Below are positions 1 through 13,689 of a stretch of DNA of 64,000 nucleotides, piece by piece. Both the position numbers and the translations under genes were made by a program. This DNA comes from the human T2T-CHM13v2.0 reference genome, Homo sapiens. Below the pieces are notes generated by a model, which saw only the letters and a list, made by a program, of their open reading frames with translations, was not told the origin of the DNA and made no database searches. The DNA is taken from assembly GCF_009914755.1 (NCBI RefSeq), contig NC_060939.1, one strand, 5' to 3'. Numbering within the stretch: position 1 is the stretch's first letter; each line of letters opens with the position of its first letter.

Positions 1-62
1 AACAAACCCACACAGGTACTCCTTAAATCTAAAATAAAAGTTGAAAAATAAAATCAAAAATA
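1..62 (+). mobile_element. 3' terminus and A-tail of a LINE-1 (L1PB/L1MA-type), cut by the window edge
   Basis: AACAAACCCACACAGGTACTCCTTAAATCTAAAATAAAAGTTGAAAA resembles the L1 3' end motif AACAAACCTGCACATGTACCCCCTGAACCTAAAATAAAAGTT plus A-rich tail. Confidence 0.7.
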
Positions 63-404
63 AATATTTGTGGAGCAAATTGTCTATCCCCTTACTTAGC
101 AGTTTGTGACCAAAAGGGATTCTTTGGCTATTTTCTCCATCCAAAACTCAAATACAGTGCAAGAGGACTGGATCTGAAGCTAGGTGATGTGTATTTCAGT
201 TTTAGTCCTTTCAATTCACCTTCTAGAAGATGAATCCATCCATTCATTCATTCATTCAAGTCTGTCTGTTGTACATATTCTTTTTCTTCATGTGAAAGAA
301 TAATTTTTGGGCTGGAAGATCATGTTGAGATTGAACTTGGATAATGAATGTGGATGTGGTTTCTAAACCAAAGCACCGCCAGATATTTTGAGGATTGAAA
401 AGCA

Positions 405-590
405 CCAGGGAGAATGTGGGTTTTTACATCACAGAGACCTGGGTTTAGGTTGTGACTCTATTATAACCTGCATGAGTGTTCGAAGGCAAGGCTTCTTACT
501 ATGTCTTAGTTTCCTCATCAGTAAAATGGGTAATCTTTAGCTCCTGTGGCTAAGGATGGGGTGAAGTAGTATCACCTAGCAGGCATCTAT
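405..590 (+). mobile_element. MIR SINE (degenerate)
   Basis: AGACCTGGGTTT...GGCAAG...TTAGTTTCCTCATCAGTAAAATGGG matches the MIR core. Confidence 0.75.
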
Positions 591-984
591 AACATCTTGG
601 TTCCTCACTCTCCTCCTTCTCCTTGACAAAGCTGCAGATTCCTTTCAGCCATAAGTATCTAGTAAATGCCAGCAGTGAATGGCCTTTGGCTTGAGAACAC
701 TGTGGACATCAGTGCTTTGGCTACCAGATAACACAGCCTCCTTAACTTACTCCTTAGGGAAGAATTGGATGGAGTAAGTGAGGGGTTGCATCAGTGGATA
801 ATTCTGTGCCCAGCCTTGCCTTTCTGTTTTTACCACTTCCCTTCACTCTCCCTATTCTGGAAATGCCGTTAAGCAAATATGGCTCATATGATTAACAGGA
901 ATAATACCAGCTGATGTCTGCATGACGTTTTATATTCTTTCAAAAGGGATTCCATAAACATCAAATGTTCCAACAATCCCATTC

Positions 985-1560
985 TATTTATTGCTTACCA
1001 CATAAGCCAGGTGCTTTGCTGTATGCTGGGGTATAGTGACGAGCAAAATATTAGGGAGAAAATTATATAACACACAAGTATATGTCTGTGTGTGTGCAAA
1101 TATAACCGCTGGTATAATAGTGATAAGTGCCATAAATCTAACAAATAGGGTGATTAAAAATTAACAAGGCTAATTTGAGGGGACATTATTCACATTGAAG
1201 ATGTAGACGGATCTCTAAGGAAGTGACATAAACCTAACTCTGAAGCATGAGAAGGAATTAGCAATTTAAAGAGTATTGGGGGAGCATTCCAGGTCTAGCA
1301 ACCACTATGTATGATGGCATCAAAGCAGGGCAGAATGCCGGGTGTTCAAGGAAACTGAAGGAGACTAGTGTGGCTGGACCATAATGAACAAGAGGAGAGA
1401 GGCTCAAGAGGAGGTTGGAGAGGTGAACAGGGGACAGTTTATGCAGGGCTTTGAAGGTCACGGTTAGGAGTTTGGCTTTATCCTATGAGCAATGTGAAAC
1501 CTTTGGCATGTTTTGGGAAACAGAATGGAATTAAATTTGTGTTTCCAACCAGACGGCTAT
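985..1560 (-). mobile_element. L2 LINE 3' fragment
   Basis: TTTATTGCTTACCA..AAGCCAGGTGCTTTGCT..GCTGGGGTATAG and GGAGTTTGGCTTTATCCT are typical antisense L2 3' motifs. Confidence 0.75.
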
Positions 1561-2030
1561 GAAGTGAACCAGAGACTGTCTATCAGATGCCCTTGGAGCC
1601 TAGAGGGAACAGGGCTCTCCTTTCCACTAGGACTAATGGATTGCAAACTCTCCAGTTGCTTTGCTTCTGGTACTTCCTAACACTCCTCTAAACATCTGGC
1701 ATGTAAGTCCAAACTACTTAGTGCATAAACCATAATTTTGAGTCCCCTTGTGCAAGGATGTTCTCACAATCGTTCCATAAAAAGGGAAGCCACTGTGTCC
1801 AGCCATGTCTAGTCCCAACACGCTTTTCCTCAATATGGCAGGAGAATGGGAGACCTGTGCACTTTGTCAGCACTTCTGGCAGTTTCACCTTGCACCAAGT
1901 GATGCTTGTAGGTGTTTTCCTGAGCCCTATGCAACACAGTCCCATTGGTGGTTGTGTAGAAAACAGATTGGAGAAAGAGAAGGCAGGCCTTGACCTGTAG
2001 AGACTACACAATGATGGCGAGTAAGACATT

Positions 2031-2470
2031 GGTATGGGCTCAACTGTGTCCTTTCCAAACTCACATTTTGAAGTCCTAACCCCCAGTACCTCAGAATGTG
2101 ACTGTATTTGGAAGTAGCATCTTTATAGACATGTTTAGGTTAAAATAACTTCTTGCAAGGACACTACTTATATTTGATTAGGGAACCCCTAAGGGTTGAG
2201 TCCTAATCAAATATAAGTAGTGTCCTTGCAAGAAAAGGAGATTAGAACCCAGACACACACACACACACCCAGAGGAAAGACCATATGAAGACATAGGGAG
2301 GGACAGGGTGGTCATCTACAAGAGTAGAATGGAGGACTTAGAAGAAACCAATTCTGCTGACACCTGGATGTTGGAATTCCAGTCTCTAAACCTGTGAGAC
2401 AATAAATGTCTGCTGTTTAAGACACTTGGTCTGTGGTATTTTGTTATGGCAGACCTAGCAAACTAATTCA
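2031..2470 (+). mobile_element. MLT1B (ERVL-MaLR) solo LTR containing an inverted duplication and a short (CA)n
   Basis: GAAGTCCTAACCCCCAGTACCTCAGAATGTGACTGTATTTGGAA at the start; AATAAATGTCTGCTGTTTAAG...GTTATGGCAGACCTAGCAAACTAATTCA at the end. Confidence 0.85.
2150..2234. repeat. Perfect 33-bp inverted repeat with 19-nt spacer
   Basis: 2150-2182 TTCTTGCAAGGACACTACTTATATTTGATTAGG is the exact reverse complement of 2202-2234 CCTAATCAAATATAAGTAGTGTCCTTGCAAGAA. Confidence 0.97.
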
Positions 2471-2559
2471 GGGAGCTATGTCAAGTGGATCAAAGGGGAA
2501 AAGAGCCAGGAAACTGACAATTGCCATAAAAGATAGGACAAAGACTGAACTCATGTAAT

Positions 2560-2919
2560 GGGACAATCATCCCACCAAATTCTTCCAGTTCTTCTCTTGG
2601 GCCTCTGGTAGGACTGCACTTCATCTCTTTGGAGATATTGGTGGTTGAGTGACTTGCCAGTGAAATGTGAGAGAAGGTAACATGTTTTATATCTAGTCAG
2701 AAACTCTCCCTTTTCCTCCAGTATATTGATGGGCAGTGTCTCCAATGGTGGCTCCTTTGTTAGCCTGGGTTAAAGAGTAGGGTAATAGGAAACAGAGCTC
2801 CCAGAGAACCCGTGATGAATATGTGGTATGGAAGAGAAATGAGCCTTTGTTGGTAAAGCCATTGGGAAATTGGGGTTACTTGTTACCATGGAATAACCTG
2901 ACCTATCGTAACTGATACA
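2560..2919 (+). mobile_element. Old MLT1 LTR (MLT1I/J/K-like)
   Basis: 3' end GAGAAATGAGCCTTTGTTGGTAAAGCCATTGGGAAATTGGGGTTACTTGTTACCATGGAATAACCTGACCTATCGTAACTGATACA matches old MLT1 termini. Confidence 0.7.
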
Positions 2920-3589
2920 CTCATATACTACTGTGTCCCCTCCACCTAGGTTTGGGAAGAAGCAGAAATCTCATGCCAATCAGGGATCTGATTGAGCACT
3001 TAACGGCTGAACTCACATAGGAATTGACACTGTCTTCATGCTACTTGCAAACAGTATTTATCCATGTATTATATAATACTGTCTATTTATTACACACCAT
3101 GTGATGACAAAATTGTGATACACAGTGTTTGTCTGATATTTCAGTTATTTCCACAAGTGCTCAGGTGATAATGGAATAGTCCAAAGTAAGCCCAAACTAG
3201 CAGTGTTTGCTGTGTCTCATGATCAGGGAGCATGCATGCAGAAAGACACTTGAACAGGCAGAATAATAAAACTAATATGAAAGGAATATAAAATAGAAAT
3301 AATTATAAGAAAAAAGAAGATACACAGCCTACTAACCCTAAAGGTCAAACCAGTGAGTTTACTTGAAGGTAACACTTGGTTCTAAGCATCCTGGCTTTCC
3401 CAGTGAGGAGGAAAATTAAAAGCATCCTGTAACTCTCTGAAGGAATAGGGCTTTTGACAGCACTGTGTGTGGAAACCAGAGCTGTTGCATTGATCTCTAT
3501 GCAACTGATTAAGGTTTGTGCCCCAAGGAGAGGATTAACTGAGGGAGGAGGGCACTAGGTTATGCTCAATGCGTTCCCTTGTTTGTAGC

Positions 3590-3815
3590 ACTTAGAACAA
3601 GGAAGAGTTCTACATTCAGATCAAACCGATCTTGATTCAAATATGGGCATCCTCACTAACTAGCTATGTGATCCTGGGCCAAATACTTAACCTCAGCAAG
3701 CTGTGGTTCCTTTGTCAGATAAGTGAGGACAATCATAGTATTGATATTACAAGGTAACTATGCAGGTAAATGAAATAATCTGTGCAAAACATCTGCATGG
3801 TACTGGGCTCAATTT
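3590..3815 (+). mobile_element. MIR SINE
   Basis: TTCAAAT...CACTAACTAGCTATGTGATCCTGGGCCAAATACTTAACCTC...TAAATGAAATAATCTGTGCAAAACAT. Confidence 0.85.
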
Positions 3816-3823
3816 GAGTTGGC

Positions 3824-3922
3824 TTTTCCCCTCCTTCCCTTCCTCCCTCCCTCCCTGCCTGCCTTACCCTCCCTTTTTCTTTCCTCTCTCCTCCCTTCCC
3901 TCCTTTTTTTTTTTTTTTTTTT
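3824..3922. repeat. CT-rich low-complexity tract followed by poly-T
   Basis: (CCCT/CCTT)n then about 19 T. Confidence 0.9.
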
Positions 3923-5294
3923 AACCTTTTTGACTGGAGAAAGAGACATGTCATTGAGAAAATAGTTCTCAGAACAATGAACAATGGGCCCCTCTTGCTT
4001 TGTGACTTGCTCCTCCTTCAGAATCCCCCCTAGCTTTGCTTTTCAAGAGCCTCCATGTTTCTCTCATCCCCTGTAGTATCCCCTGTAGCCATAACATGAG
4101 GAAGACTCTCTTCCCAGGGCCTCTTTGATGTGTTTGGTAATATATTATTTAAGATCACTTTGAGTGCATCAACATTCTGGGGTATGTTTATATTCTCTAT
4201 TTTTAAAGAAAATAATTTATGAAAACTCCCAGTAATGGGCTGGCACAGAGTGGCTCCTCGCTCTGTAGAGCAAGCATTATTATTGTCTTTCTACCGCTTT
4301 ACCTTACCTTCCGTTACCTTTACCACGATGGCATTTTGCTGCCTTTTCAGGTACAGATGGAAGACAGCCCTAGAACCCTGTGCTACATATTAAAGGGGGA
4401 AGCGTTAACAGAGCAGTTATATTAATTTACACAAATGATTACTGGTTTATTTTTTAAAAGCACATTCCTGGAAGCACAGATATGCAATGATTCTATATAC
4501 TTCTCTCAAATTTAGAATAGAATGGTAAATGACATTAAACAAATTTGCTATTCACCTTCAAGTGCTAATAAAGGAGCAAATCAGAGACATGCACCTACTA
4601 CATTATTCATGGCAGGCTAACAGCCGCTGCTCCAGCAGCCTGGCGAATCAGAGACCGATGGACATGCGTGGTTCCCATGGGGTTGGCTCCAGCTATTTCA
4701 TTCCCAAGGATATGGGGTCTGATAAGAGAGATGGGCTAACAGGGTGAATTCAGATGCGCATGACATTTTTGATTTATTCTTTGAATTGTAAAGGTCCTTC
4801 GGTCATCACTTTCTAATCTGGCCAGAGGCATTGGAGAAGAGGAAATAGAAAGAATAACCTTTAGGAAACTGGAATATGCAAAAGAGAATCTTCTCTGAAA
4901 AACTAAAGAGCTGTGGGAAATAGGTTGGAACATTATTTAATGAGGATCATTCCAAGTAGTGTCTTGTTTTTATTTTGTATCAAATTAATTTGCCTTAAAC
5001 ATCCCTGGATCCTGAGAATTGTAGATGGTGTCTCGTGCTATTGAAATTTGATTTTCATCAAAACTGGATTTTAGAGATCCCCTAGGGTGACAAACTGTTA
5101 AAAATACTTTTCTTTTTCCCTTTTCCCTGATGGCTGTGGAAGTGAATTCCCACCCATGGATCAGTGGCCATGCCTTTGTATCTGGTCGTGGAGCATGTTA
5201 ACTCAAAATAACACAGATTCTAAAATGAAAAACATGGTGTGAGTTTATTTAATCCATTCTCCCTCACATTCTTAATACAAACTGCATGTTCATT

Positions 5295-5905
5295 ATCCAT
5301 GTATTTATTGAACATTGTAAAATGAATGCCTATCTCTCATGTGCCAGGCAGTATTCTAGGCACATGGATACTTTAGTAAATCAAATAGAAATCTGGCTCT
5401 TATAGACTATCTACAGGAGGAGGCAGAAAATAGCTGCAAAATAATGAATTATATGCAATGGTAAAAGGTGTAAATACTATATAAAAGTAAAAATCAGAAC
5501 AGGAAAAAGAGATGAGGAGTGCCAAGTAAAGAATTTTTAACTTTAAATACTACAGCAGGATAAGCCTCACTGTGAAGATGACCTTCGATCAAGTGCTTGA
5601 AAGAGTTTAGGGCATTCGTCACGTGATTATTGAGGGGAAGGGTGTTCCAAGCAGAGGGAATAGGCAGTGTAAAAGCCCCAAGGTAGCTGAGCACTTATCA
5701 TGTTTTAGAAACAGCAAGAAAGCTAGTGTCCTTGTAAAAGAGTGGGCAAGTGGCAACAAATAGGAGATGCATGAGGAAAGATGAGTGGCCTGAATGGTCG
5801 GGGGCTGGGAGATCACGTAGGTTTGTCCATGAAGGATACTGAAAAGACTTGCTTTTACTCCACGTGAAATGGCAAGTTATTGGAGGGGTTTAAGCAGAAG
5901 GATTT
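5295..5905 (-). mobile_element. L2a-like LINE fragment
   Basis: TATTTATTGAAC...ATGTGCCAGGCAGTATTCTAGGCAC; GTTCCAAGCAGAGGGAATAGGCAGTGTAAAAGCCC; GGAGGGGTTTAAGCAGAAG. Confidence 0.85.
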
Positions 5906-6434
5906 CACAAAAATCATAACTTTTTCTGCTCTTGGATTGACATCACTTTGCAATGCTTAGATATGTCAACAAATTTATCAGAGTTCAACCACAAACTACA
6001 TAAAAATGTGCTAATAGTGTCAGAGGAATGCCATTTTCCCCTAAGTAGCAGGTTTTCCCAGTATTACTGGGTGGATATTCATTCATTCACTGTGCAATGA
6101 GCACATAACATGGAGTCATTTCCTCTTTTATTTTGCACATTACAGTTGGCTTAGGAATTTTGTGTGAATGTTATTCAGTGTAAGCCTAAAACAAACCAAT
6201 AAAAACTATATTAAATCCTGCGTTTATTTCACTCCCTCAACCCAAACTCTGGTCTTCTTTAATTGCACAAAGTAATTTTATTGTGAAGCATTAATTTTAT
6301 GAGATGTGAGTACATAATAGCGAAAAACATAAGTTTTGTAGTCAAATAAATTTGGCAAACTTTGGTTTCTTAGGCTATGGATTATCTTCTGATTTACAAC
6401 TTTGGCTACATTTCCTAAGTTTTCTGTGTAGTAA

Positions 6435-7025
<591 letters not shown>

Positions 7026-7312
7026 GTGCCTGGGTTTTTTGTTTCCGATTTCATTATTAATTTCTAGCTTTATTTTAACTTATTAGAAATGCAGTTTTGT
7101 TATTTCAAATTTTTAGGGTTTGTCTATTTTAATGAAATAATATATCCATTTTTGTGAATATTCTATTTATAATAACTTTTTAAAAGAGGATACATTGAGA
7201 ATTCCACATCATTTCCAACCAACTCATTTTTATTATCATCGTAACTGGTAAATGAAGTAAGAGAATCAAGCACTTATCCTGTTTCTAAAAAATACGTGAA
7301 ATGTATGAATGT

Positions 7313-7480
7313 CAGAGTTTGGTTTGACAGATAAAATTCAGAATGCCTAGATAAGCAACTAACAAATTTTTAGTGTAAGTATGTCCCAAATATTGTACTT
7401 AACACTAAACAATTACTTGTGGTTTGTCTGAAACTTAAACAACTAGGCATCCTGTTGGTTTGATAAGTCTGGCAACTCTA
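7313..7480. mobile_element. MER53 hAT MITE (degenerate, palindromic)
   Basis: CAGATAAAATTCAGAATGCC...TTTTTAGTGTAAGTATGTCCCAAATATTG...AACTAGGCATCCTGT...TCTGGCAACTCT. Confidence 0.75.
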
Positions 7481-8029
7481 TTCAGGGTAATGAAGTAGGA
7501 TTGATGAGGGAGCATTTTCTCCTTATAGAAATGTTACAGTGAAAGAAGGAGTAAACAATGTTACTATAAAAATACCACTCTTCCGTGAATTTTAATGAAT
7601 AAATTGATCTAGGCAAAGAATATCAGTGGGTGTTAACATCACCAGGATGAGCCAAACATTTTGTACACCCTTGATTCCAGTAGACAGATGATGACCTTGC
7701 CAAACACTAAGAGCCTTGTACTTTCACCTCGAAAAGTACATTACCGTGATAAATCCTAGGGCTTACTCGGTATGGAGAATCCAGTAAGAGACACTAGCAT
7801 CAAGTTGAGCCCAAGAGAGCTACATCCTTAAGGGAAGGATAAATAAGGAAAAAAAAAAAAGGGAAAACCTGATACATAGAAGGAGACATCCAAGGGATTT
7901 GACCATCTTGAACTCGTTGACAGAAGAGAGAAAAAAATTCTTCCACTACACACATGATGAAAAAATATGTGATCAGCAAGTCAATCATTAAATGCTTTTT
8001 GAAGGAAAGCAAATTCAAAGTGTGCTTCA

Positions 8030-11000
8030 AGGTGTTCCCATAGACAAAGTTCCAAGAAAGATGAGGAGCTCACAAAAAATATCAGAAAACACACAAGTAA
8101 ATAAGCCACCATGAGGCAAAGCTAGCAGAAAGAGCACACTCTACAGAATTAGTTAATAGAAATATCAGAGGCGCAAAATAAAATAATGATGTTTAATGTT
8201 TAAATAAATGAAAACATGAAAAAGGAACAAAGGTCTATAAAAACAAAATAAGTTTTAGAAATAATAAGATAGAACCTCCAGTATGACAATACAAATAAAA
8301 TGTCAAAAAACAAAATTGATTAATTACAGAGAAGATTTAACACAACTGAAGAGAGAATTAGTAAACTGGAAGATAATTTCAGTCTTGTCAAGAAGGCAGT
8401 CAAAGAAATGTAGAGATTAAGTACATTAAATAGGCATAAAAATATACAGAGGACTATATAAAAGATACACAGCATTTCTAATAAGAGTTACAGAAGGAAT
8501 TAAGAAAAGGAATGGGAGAAAAATCAATATTCAAAAAGATAATGACTAAATATTTCTCAAAATTGTTCAAAGAAAACAAACTTTAAATTTAGATAGCCCA
8601 GTGGAATCTGAGTAGAATAAATGGAGAGGCAATCTTGACCTAAATGTATCATCGTAAAACCACAAAATGCAAAAGTTAAAGAGACTCAACTATCTGTTGT
8701 TTATAAAAAACAAAATTCAAATATAAAAACAAAGGTTGTAATTAAAAGCATTAAAATGACAAATAGTGCAAATACTAGTAAAAAGAATACTGATGATAAT
8801 GACCGCCATTTTCATAATGCTAAAGGGATAAATTCAAGAGGATATATAAATCTAATAGTATATATTTAATATCATTGTTTCAAATTACATAAAGAAAAAG
8901 TTGACAGAGAATTGATGAGGGTAGCCTCCATGGTCATACCTGGGGCTGTTCTGCAGGTAGGCTGAGTAAGCACCCTTGACTTTAGCAAATGCACTGACTC
9001 TGAAAGTACAGAGACATAGCTGACACTGGAGATGGGATGTTGTCATTGTGTGCAAACCTGTTCAGTACAGGTAGACCTAAAATCAGGAGTGGGCTAAGGA
9101 GATATGGAATAGGGTGAAAAGGTATTTGCTTGACTTACTAAAGAAAATACTAATGCATCTTCAATCAGAAGGAAAATAATACCATATGGAAACCTGGAGA
9201 TGAAAAAAGAATAAAGAGCAAAAGAAAGAATAAATATACAATTATATCTTAATGAAATATTGAGTTTATAAATCAAAGATAATATAATGTCTTGTTAGGG
9301 CTACAGTATATACAAACAAAAATATACTACACATATTGGGATAAGAAAAATGGGGTTCAAGTTTCTGGAATTATTAGGATGAAATTAAAATACTAATTTA
9401 TACTAGACTATAATTAACCAAGAGTATTTTTTGAAATCTCCAGGTAGCTCTTTAAATAGTAGTAAAATAATGTTAAACAAATGAGTTATTAGAGTAGTAG
9501 AATAATAAAAACCACTCAATCCAGAAGAGACAGAAAAATGGGAGAAAGTAGTAATATAGAACAGGTAAGACAAATAATAAGAATAAAGTGGTAAATTTAA
9601 AATCAAGTGTATCAGTACTTTCCTTAAATGAAAATAGATGAAATATTTCAATTAGAATGCAATATTTTAGGTAGACTAAAACAGGATTATGTGATTATTA
9701 TAGGAGATACATTAAAATTAAGAATTCAGGAAGTAAAGAGAAAAAATATTTTATGCAAAGCTTAATAATAAGAAAGCTGGTATAACAATGTTAATATCAT
9801 ACAATATAGGATTTAAGGTGAATATTTTTAAAGATCAAGTGATATTTCTTAATAATAAAATCTTAAATTTACCAGGGAGACCTAAATACTCTAAATATGT
9901 ATGTCTTAATGGCAAAGGTTCAAAATACTTTAAGCATAACTAAGATGATAAAAAATGATTTATAATCATGTTAAGAGATTTTTAACACAGTTCCCTCAGT
10001 AATTAACAGAAAAAGCACACAAAAAATTACTAAGCATGAATATTTGGATAACATGATTATCAAATGGAATCTAATTTATACACATAAAATACTGCAACCA
10101 ATGAACTGCAAAATACATAGTCTTTTCAAGAACAGAGACAATGCTCACCTATTAAAAAATTATTTTGAGCCACAAAACAAGTCTCAACAACCAAGAATTG
10201 AAATCTTTTAGAATATTTTATCTTACCACAGTGAAAATAAGCTAAAAATCAACAACAAAAAGAAAATAACTAATGTTTTTGGATTAAAAAATACACTTGA
10301 AATAACTTGTGGACCAAAGTGGAAATTAGAAAATATTTTGAATGGAATACTATAAAAATGATAGGATGCAGCCAAATGTTCATAGAGAGGGAAATACATA
10401 GCCTTTGCTGAAAATATTTTTAAAAGTCTAAAAATTAATTATCCAATCATCTGTCTCAAGATTGTAGAAAAAGATCTGCAAATTTAATTTTTTAAAATGT
10501 AGAAGCATGAAGATCGTAAGACAAAATAATAAAATAGAAAACTAACATACATTAAAGAGAGTCAACAAAGTCAAACATTGGTGCATTAAGAAGACTAACA
10601 CAATTAATAACTCTGTGACAAGAATGATCAAGAAAAAATAGATAAGGCAAAAACAACCAATGTCAACAATAAAAAGGGAATATTTCTATTACAGATGTTG
10701 CAGACATTTAAAGTTCATTAGAAGAAAAACTATTAGATGACATAATTAACTATATTTTAATATATTTGAACATTTTGATTAAATGAGTAAACGTTTTATT
10801 TAATTAACTTATTTATTTTTCTTTTTTGAGAAAAGGTCTCGCTGTGTTGTCTAGGCTGGTCTTGACCTCCTGGGCTCAAGTGATCCTCCTGCCTCAGCCT
10901 CCCAAAGTGCTGGGATTACAGGTGTGAGCCACTGCACCCAGCCTAAATGAATAAACATATAAAGGGAACATCTGCATTGTCTAATACCCATGGAGAAACT

Positions 11001-12260
11001 GAATCAGTAATTTCAAATTCTCCCACTGAGAAAATTACAAACCAGAGAGATTCACTGGAATATGTATCAAACATTTATTTGGGAAATGGCTCCAATATCA
11101 TAGAAAATATTCCAGAAAATAAGAAAAGGGAAAATATTTCCTACCCCATTTAATAAGGCCAACTTAAGCCTGATACCAAATCCTAACAAGAATACCATAA
11201 TAAAATAAATATTCTAAAAAATTTTTTATTGTTATATTATTTTTATGTAGTTATGCATATTATTTATGCATAGTTCTATATAGTTCATTTTCTCTCACAA
11301 ACCAGTGCACGAAAATTCGTAAAATATTAACAAAATGAATTCAGTAATATATAAAAGAATATTACTTGAAAACCAGGTTTAGTTAATTCTAGGAATGTTA
11401 TCATTTGATAACATTCAATGTATAATTTATAATATATACTCTGATGAAGTAATAATGGAAAGGAACTTATTTAATCTGTTAGAAGTTGTCTACAAAAAAC
11501 TAAGAATCATCATTGTACATAATGTTGAAATGTTGAAAGCTTTCCCCTGAGACTGAGAGACAGGATGGCTCTTTTAGACATTTCAATTCATCATTGGACT
11601 CTAGTACCTAGTCAGCTCGATAATAGAAAACAAAACAAAAGTTATAAAGCTTGAAAATAAAAATTAAAACTGTTATTCACAGATGAGATGTATAGACAAT
11701 CCAAAATAATCTAAATATAAAAATAATTACTAAGGGGATTTTCCGAGGTTGCTAGATACAGATTTGACATACAAGAACCAATTCTGTTTCGAAGTCATCA
11801 ACAACAAATTAGAAATAAAATGTACTATTTCCATTTAGGATATAATGCATAGTAACATGAAAAATTTCAAATACATATAAACAATCTATCAAACATGCAT
11901 AACTTTATATAGAAGATATAAAACATCATTAAGATAAAGAAAAATAAATGGAAGAACATGCTATATTAATGAAACTGAAGACTCAGTATTGTAAAGATAT
12001 TATTTCTCCCTAACCCAGTCTAAAGATTTAATATAAACTGTATTGAAATCCCAACAGACTGATTTTTTTCATATGAAACTTGGCAAGTTGACTTTAAAAG
12101 TTATATAAAACTGAAAAGTGCCAAGAATAGCAAAGATTCCACAAAATCTGAAGACTTACTTTACTGAACATCAGAAATCATTAGAAGCTATAGTAATTAA
12201 GACAATACGTTATAACTGTAAGGATAGACAAAAAGAACAACCAAACAGAATAGATTGGAT
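8030..12260 (+). mobile_element. Ancient L1M (L1ME/L1M4-like) ORF1-ORF2 remnants, fragmented
   Basis: A-rich strand bias with decayed ORF1 and endonuclease/RT motifs (AGAAAGCTGGTATAACAATGTTAATATC; CTGATACCAAATCCTAACAAG; TTATTCACAGATGAGATG, a decayed FADDM codon region). Confidence 0.8.
10793..10943 (-). mobile_element. FLAM_C (free left Alu monomer) with TSD
   Basis: Single monomer with CTCCTGGGCTCAAGTGATCCTCC; TSD TAAATGAGTAAAC (10780-10792) / TAAATGAATAAAC (10944-10956). Confidence 0.88.
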
Positions 12261-12319
12261 TTTAGATGATAATAGATAGTTGTTGTTAATTTTCTCAAGT
12301 GTTTTTGTAGACGTTAGTG

Positions 12320-13680
12320 CTATCTTCCAATTATTTCTGGCTCTCTTCTTGGGCACATGGTGGGTAGTATTTCACTTTCCTATCTATTAGGTGTGGCCCA
12401 TATGACTTGCTTTGATCATTGAAGTGCAAACATAAGTGATACATATTTCCGGAGCCATGCTTTAAGAATCAAGACCTGATTTGTCAGTCCTGTTGAAGGA
12501 ATAACTAGTACTTAGAAATGAGACACCACCATCACAGAAATCTAAAATTTGAGGTATTGGCACCGTGACTATTTGGCTGTTCACAAAAAAACAAAAACAA
12601 ACAAACAAAACCCAACAACAACTGTATTTGAAGCTTGAAAGATGATGAGCTAGGCAATGGTGAAAGTTTGCTGAAATTGTTGCCCTTGATAACTTGAAGA
12701 CAAATCACATAACAGAATTGTAGCTGTAGCAGAAGAGGTTGGGTGCTGTTGACTGCTTTTGAGTTATTATGAGAAGGGATGAGCTTAGGAAAAAGTGGCC
12801 AGTATACAAGCAAGAATAAAATGGAACAGAGATATTTCAGAGCTTTATGGGGCAGTAAGAAGTGAATTTTTAAGCCTCATATGGTAAAAGATAAGACATA
12901 GAGTCAAAAGTGGCCAATTAAAACTCAACCTGTTAACAAGAGACAAATCAGTGACTAAGGTTTAATAAGAGTAAAAATTCAATGAAGAGGTGGTGTGCAC
13001 TTTAACCTTCTATCTAGACAAAATGTCTCAATAGTAAATGTGTGACTTCCTCATTAAAGTCTTGTAAATTTGTGGTACTTTGCATTAGATGAGGGCAAGG
13101 ACTGGTGGTGAAAAAAATAGAACGAACATTAAAATATGTATAAAGAAGAACTATGGGTGTGAATGTTGTCACATGGAATTGACTAGAGTCAGAATCAGTA
13201 GATTCAACACTAGTATTTCTATAAGTGAATTACATTCTTATGATGTGGACTAAGATGTTGGATTATTTGATATTGAAAACAGGCCTTGAATGCCTAGATC
13301 CTTTGATTAGAAAGCTGACTGAGGAAGATGCTTAACCCCTGGGAGGGCTGAGTTTCCAATGCCTACTTAGGATGTTGTTATGGAAGATAATAGAAAAGGG
13401 AAAATTTCTCAGAAGAGCGGAAGACCAAGAAAAGCAAGAGACTGGAGAGTCCCTCCCAGAGAGAAGAACGGGCAAATCCTAGGAACATCCACAACCCCTC
13501 ACCAAGGCTCAACGTAACAGGTGCTCAATCTGACAGCAGAATTAGTTCTGCTGTGTGTCTCTCACTCTTCCCTTTCTGAATAGGGTTGCTTATTGTGGTC
13601 ATCCTGTCCTTAGCCTTCTGAGCCATGGGAATGTATATTATATATGGCAAATTCTTAAGAACATGAGCGTTTGGATCAGA
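12320..13680 (+). mobile_element. Old MLT1 (MLT1J/H-like) LTR fragment plus MaLR internal sequence
   Basis: GGGCACATGG...TTAGGTGTGGCCCATATGACTTGCTTTG is LTR-like; the following region resembles MLT1-int; boundaries are uncertain. Confidence 0.55.
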
Positions 13681-13689
13681 TAAATGTGG

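Noticed and set aside
4335-4360. Polypyrimidine-CAG|GTACAG resembling a recursive splice site
   Set aside because: The reconstituted donor GTACAG is poor and such motifs arise by chance
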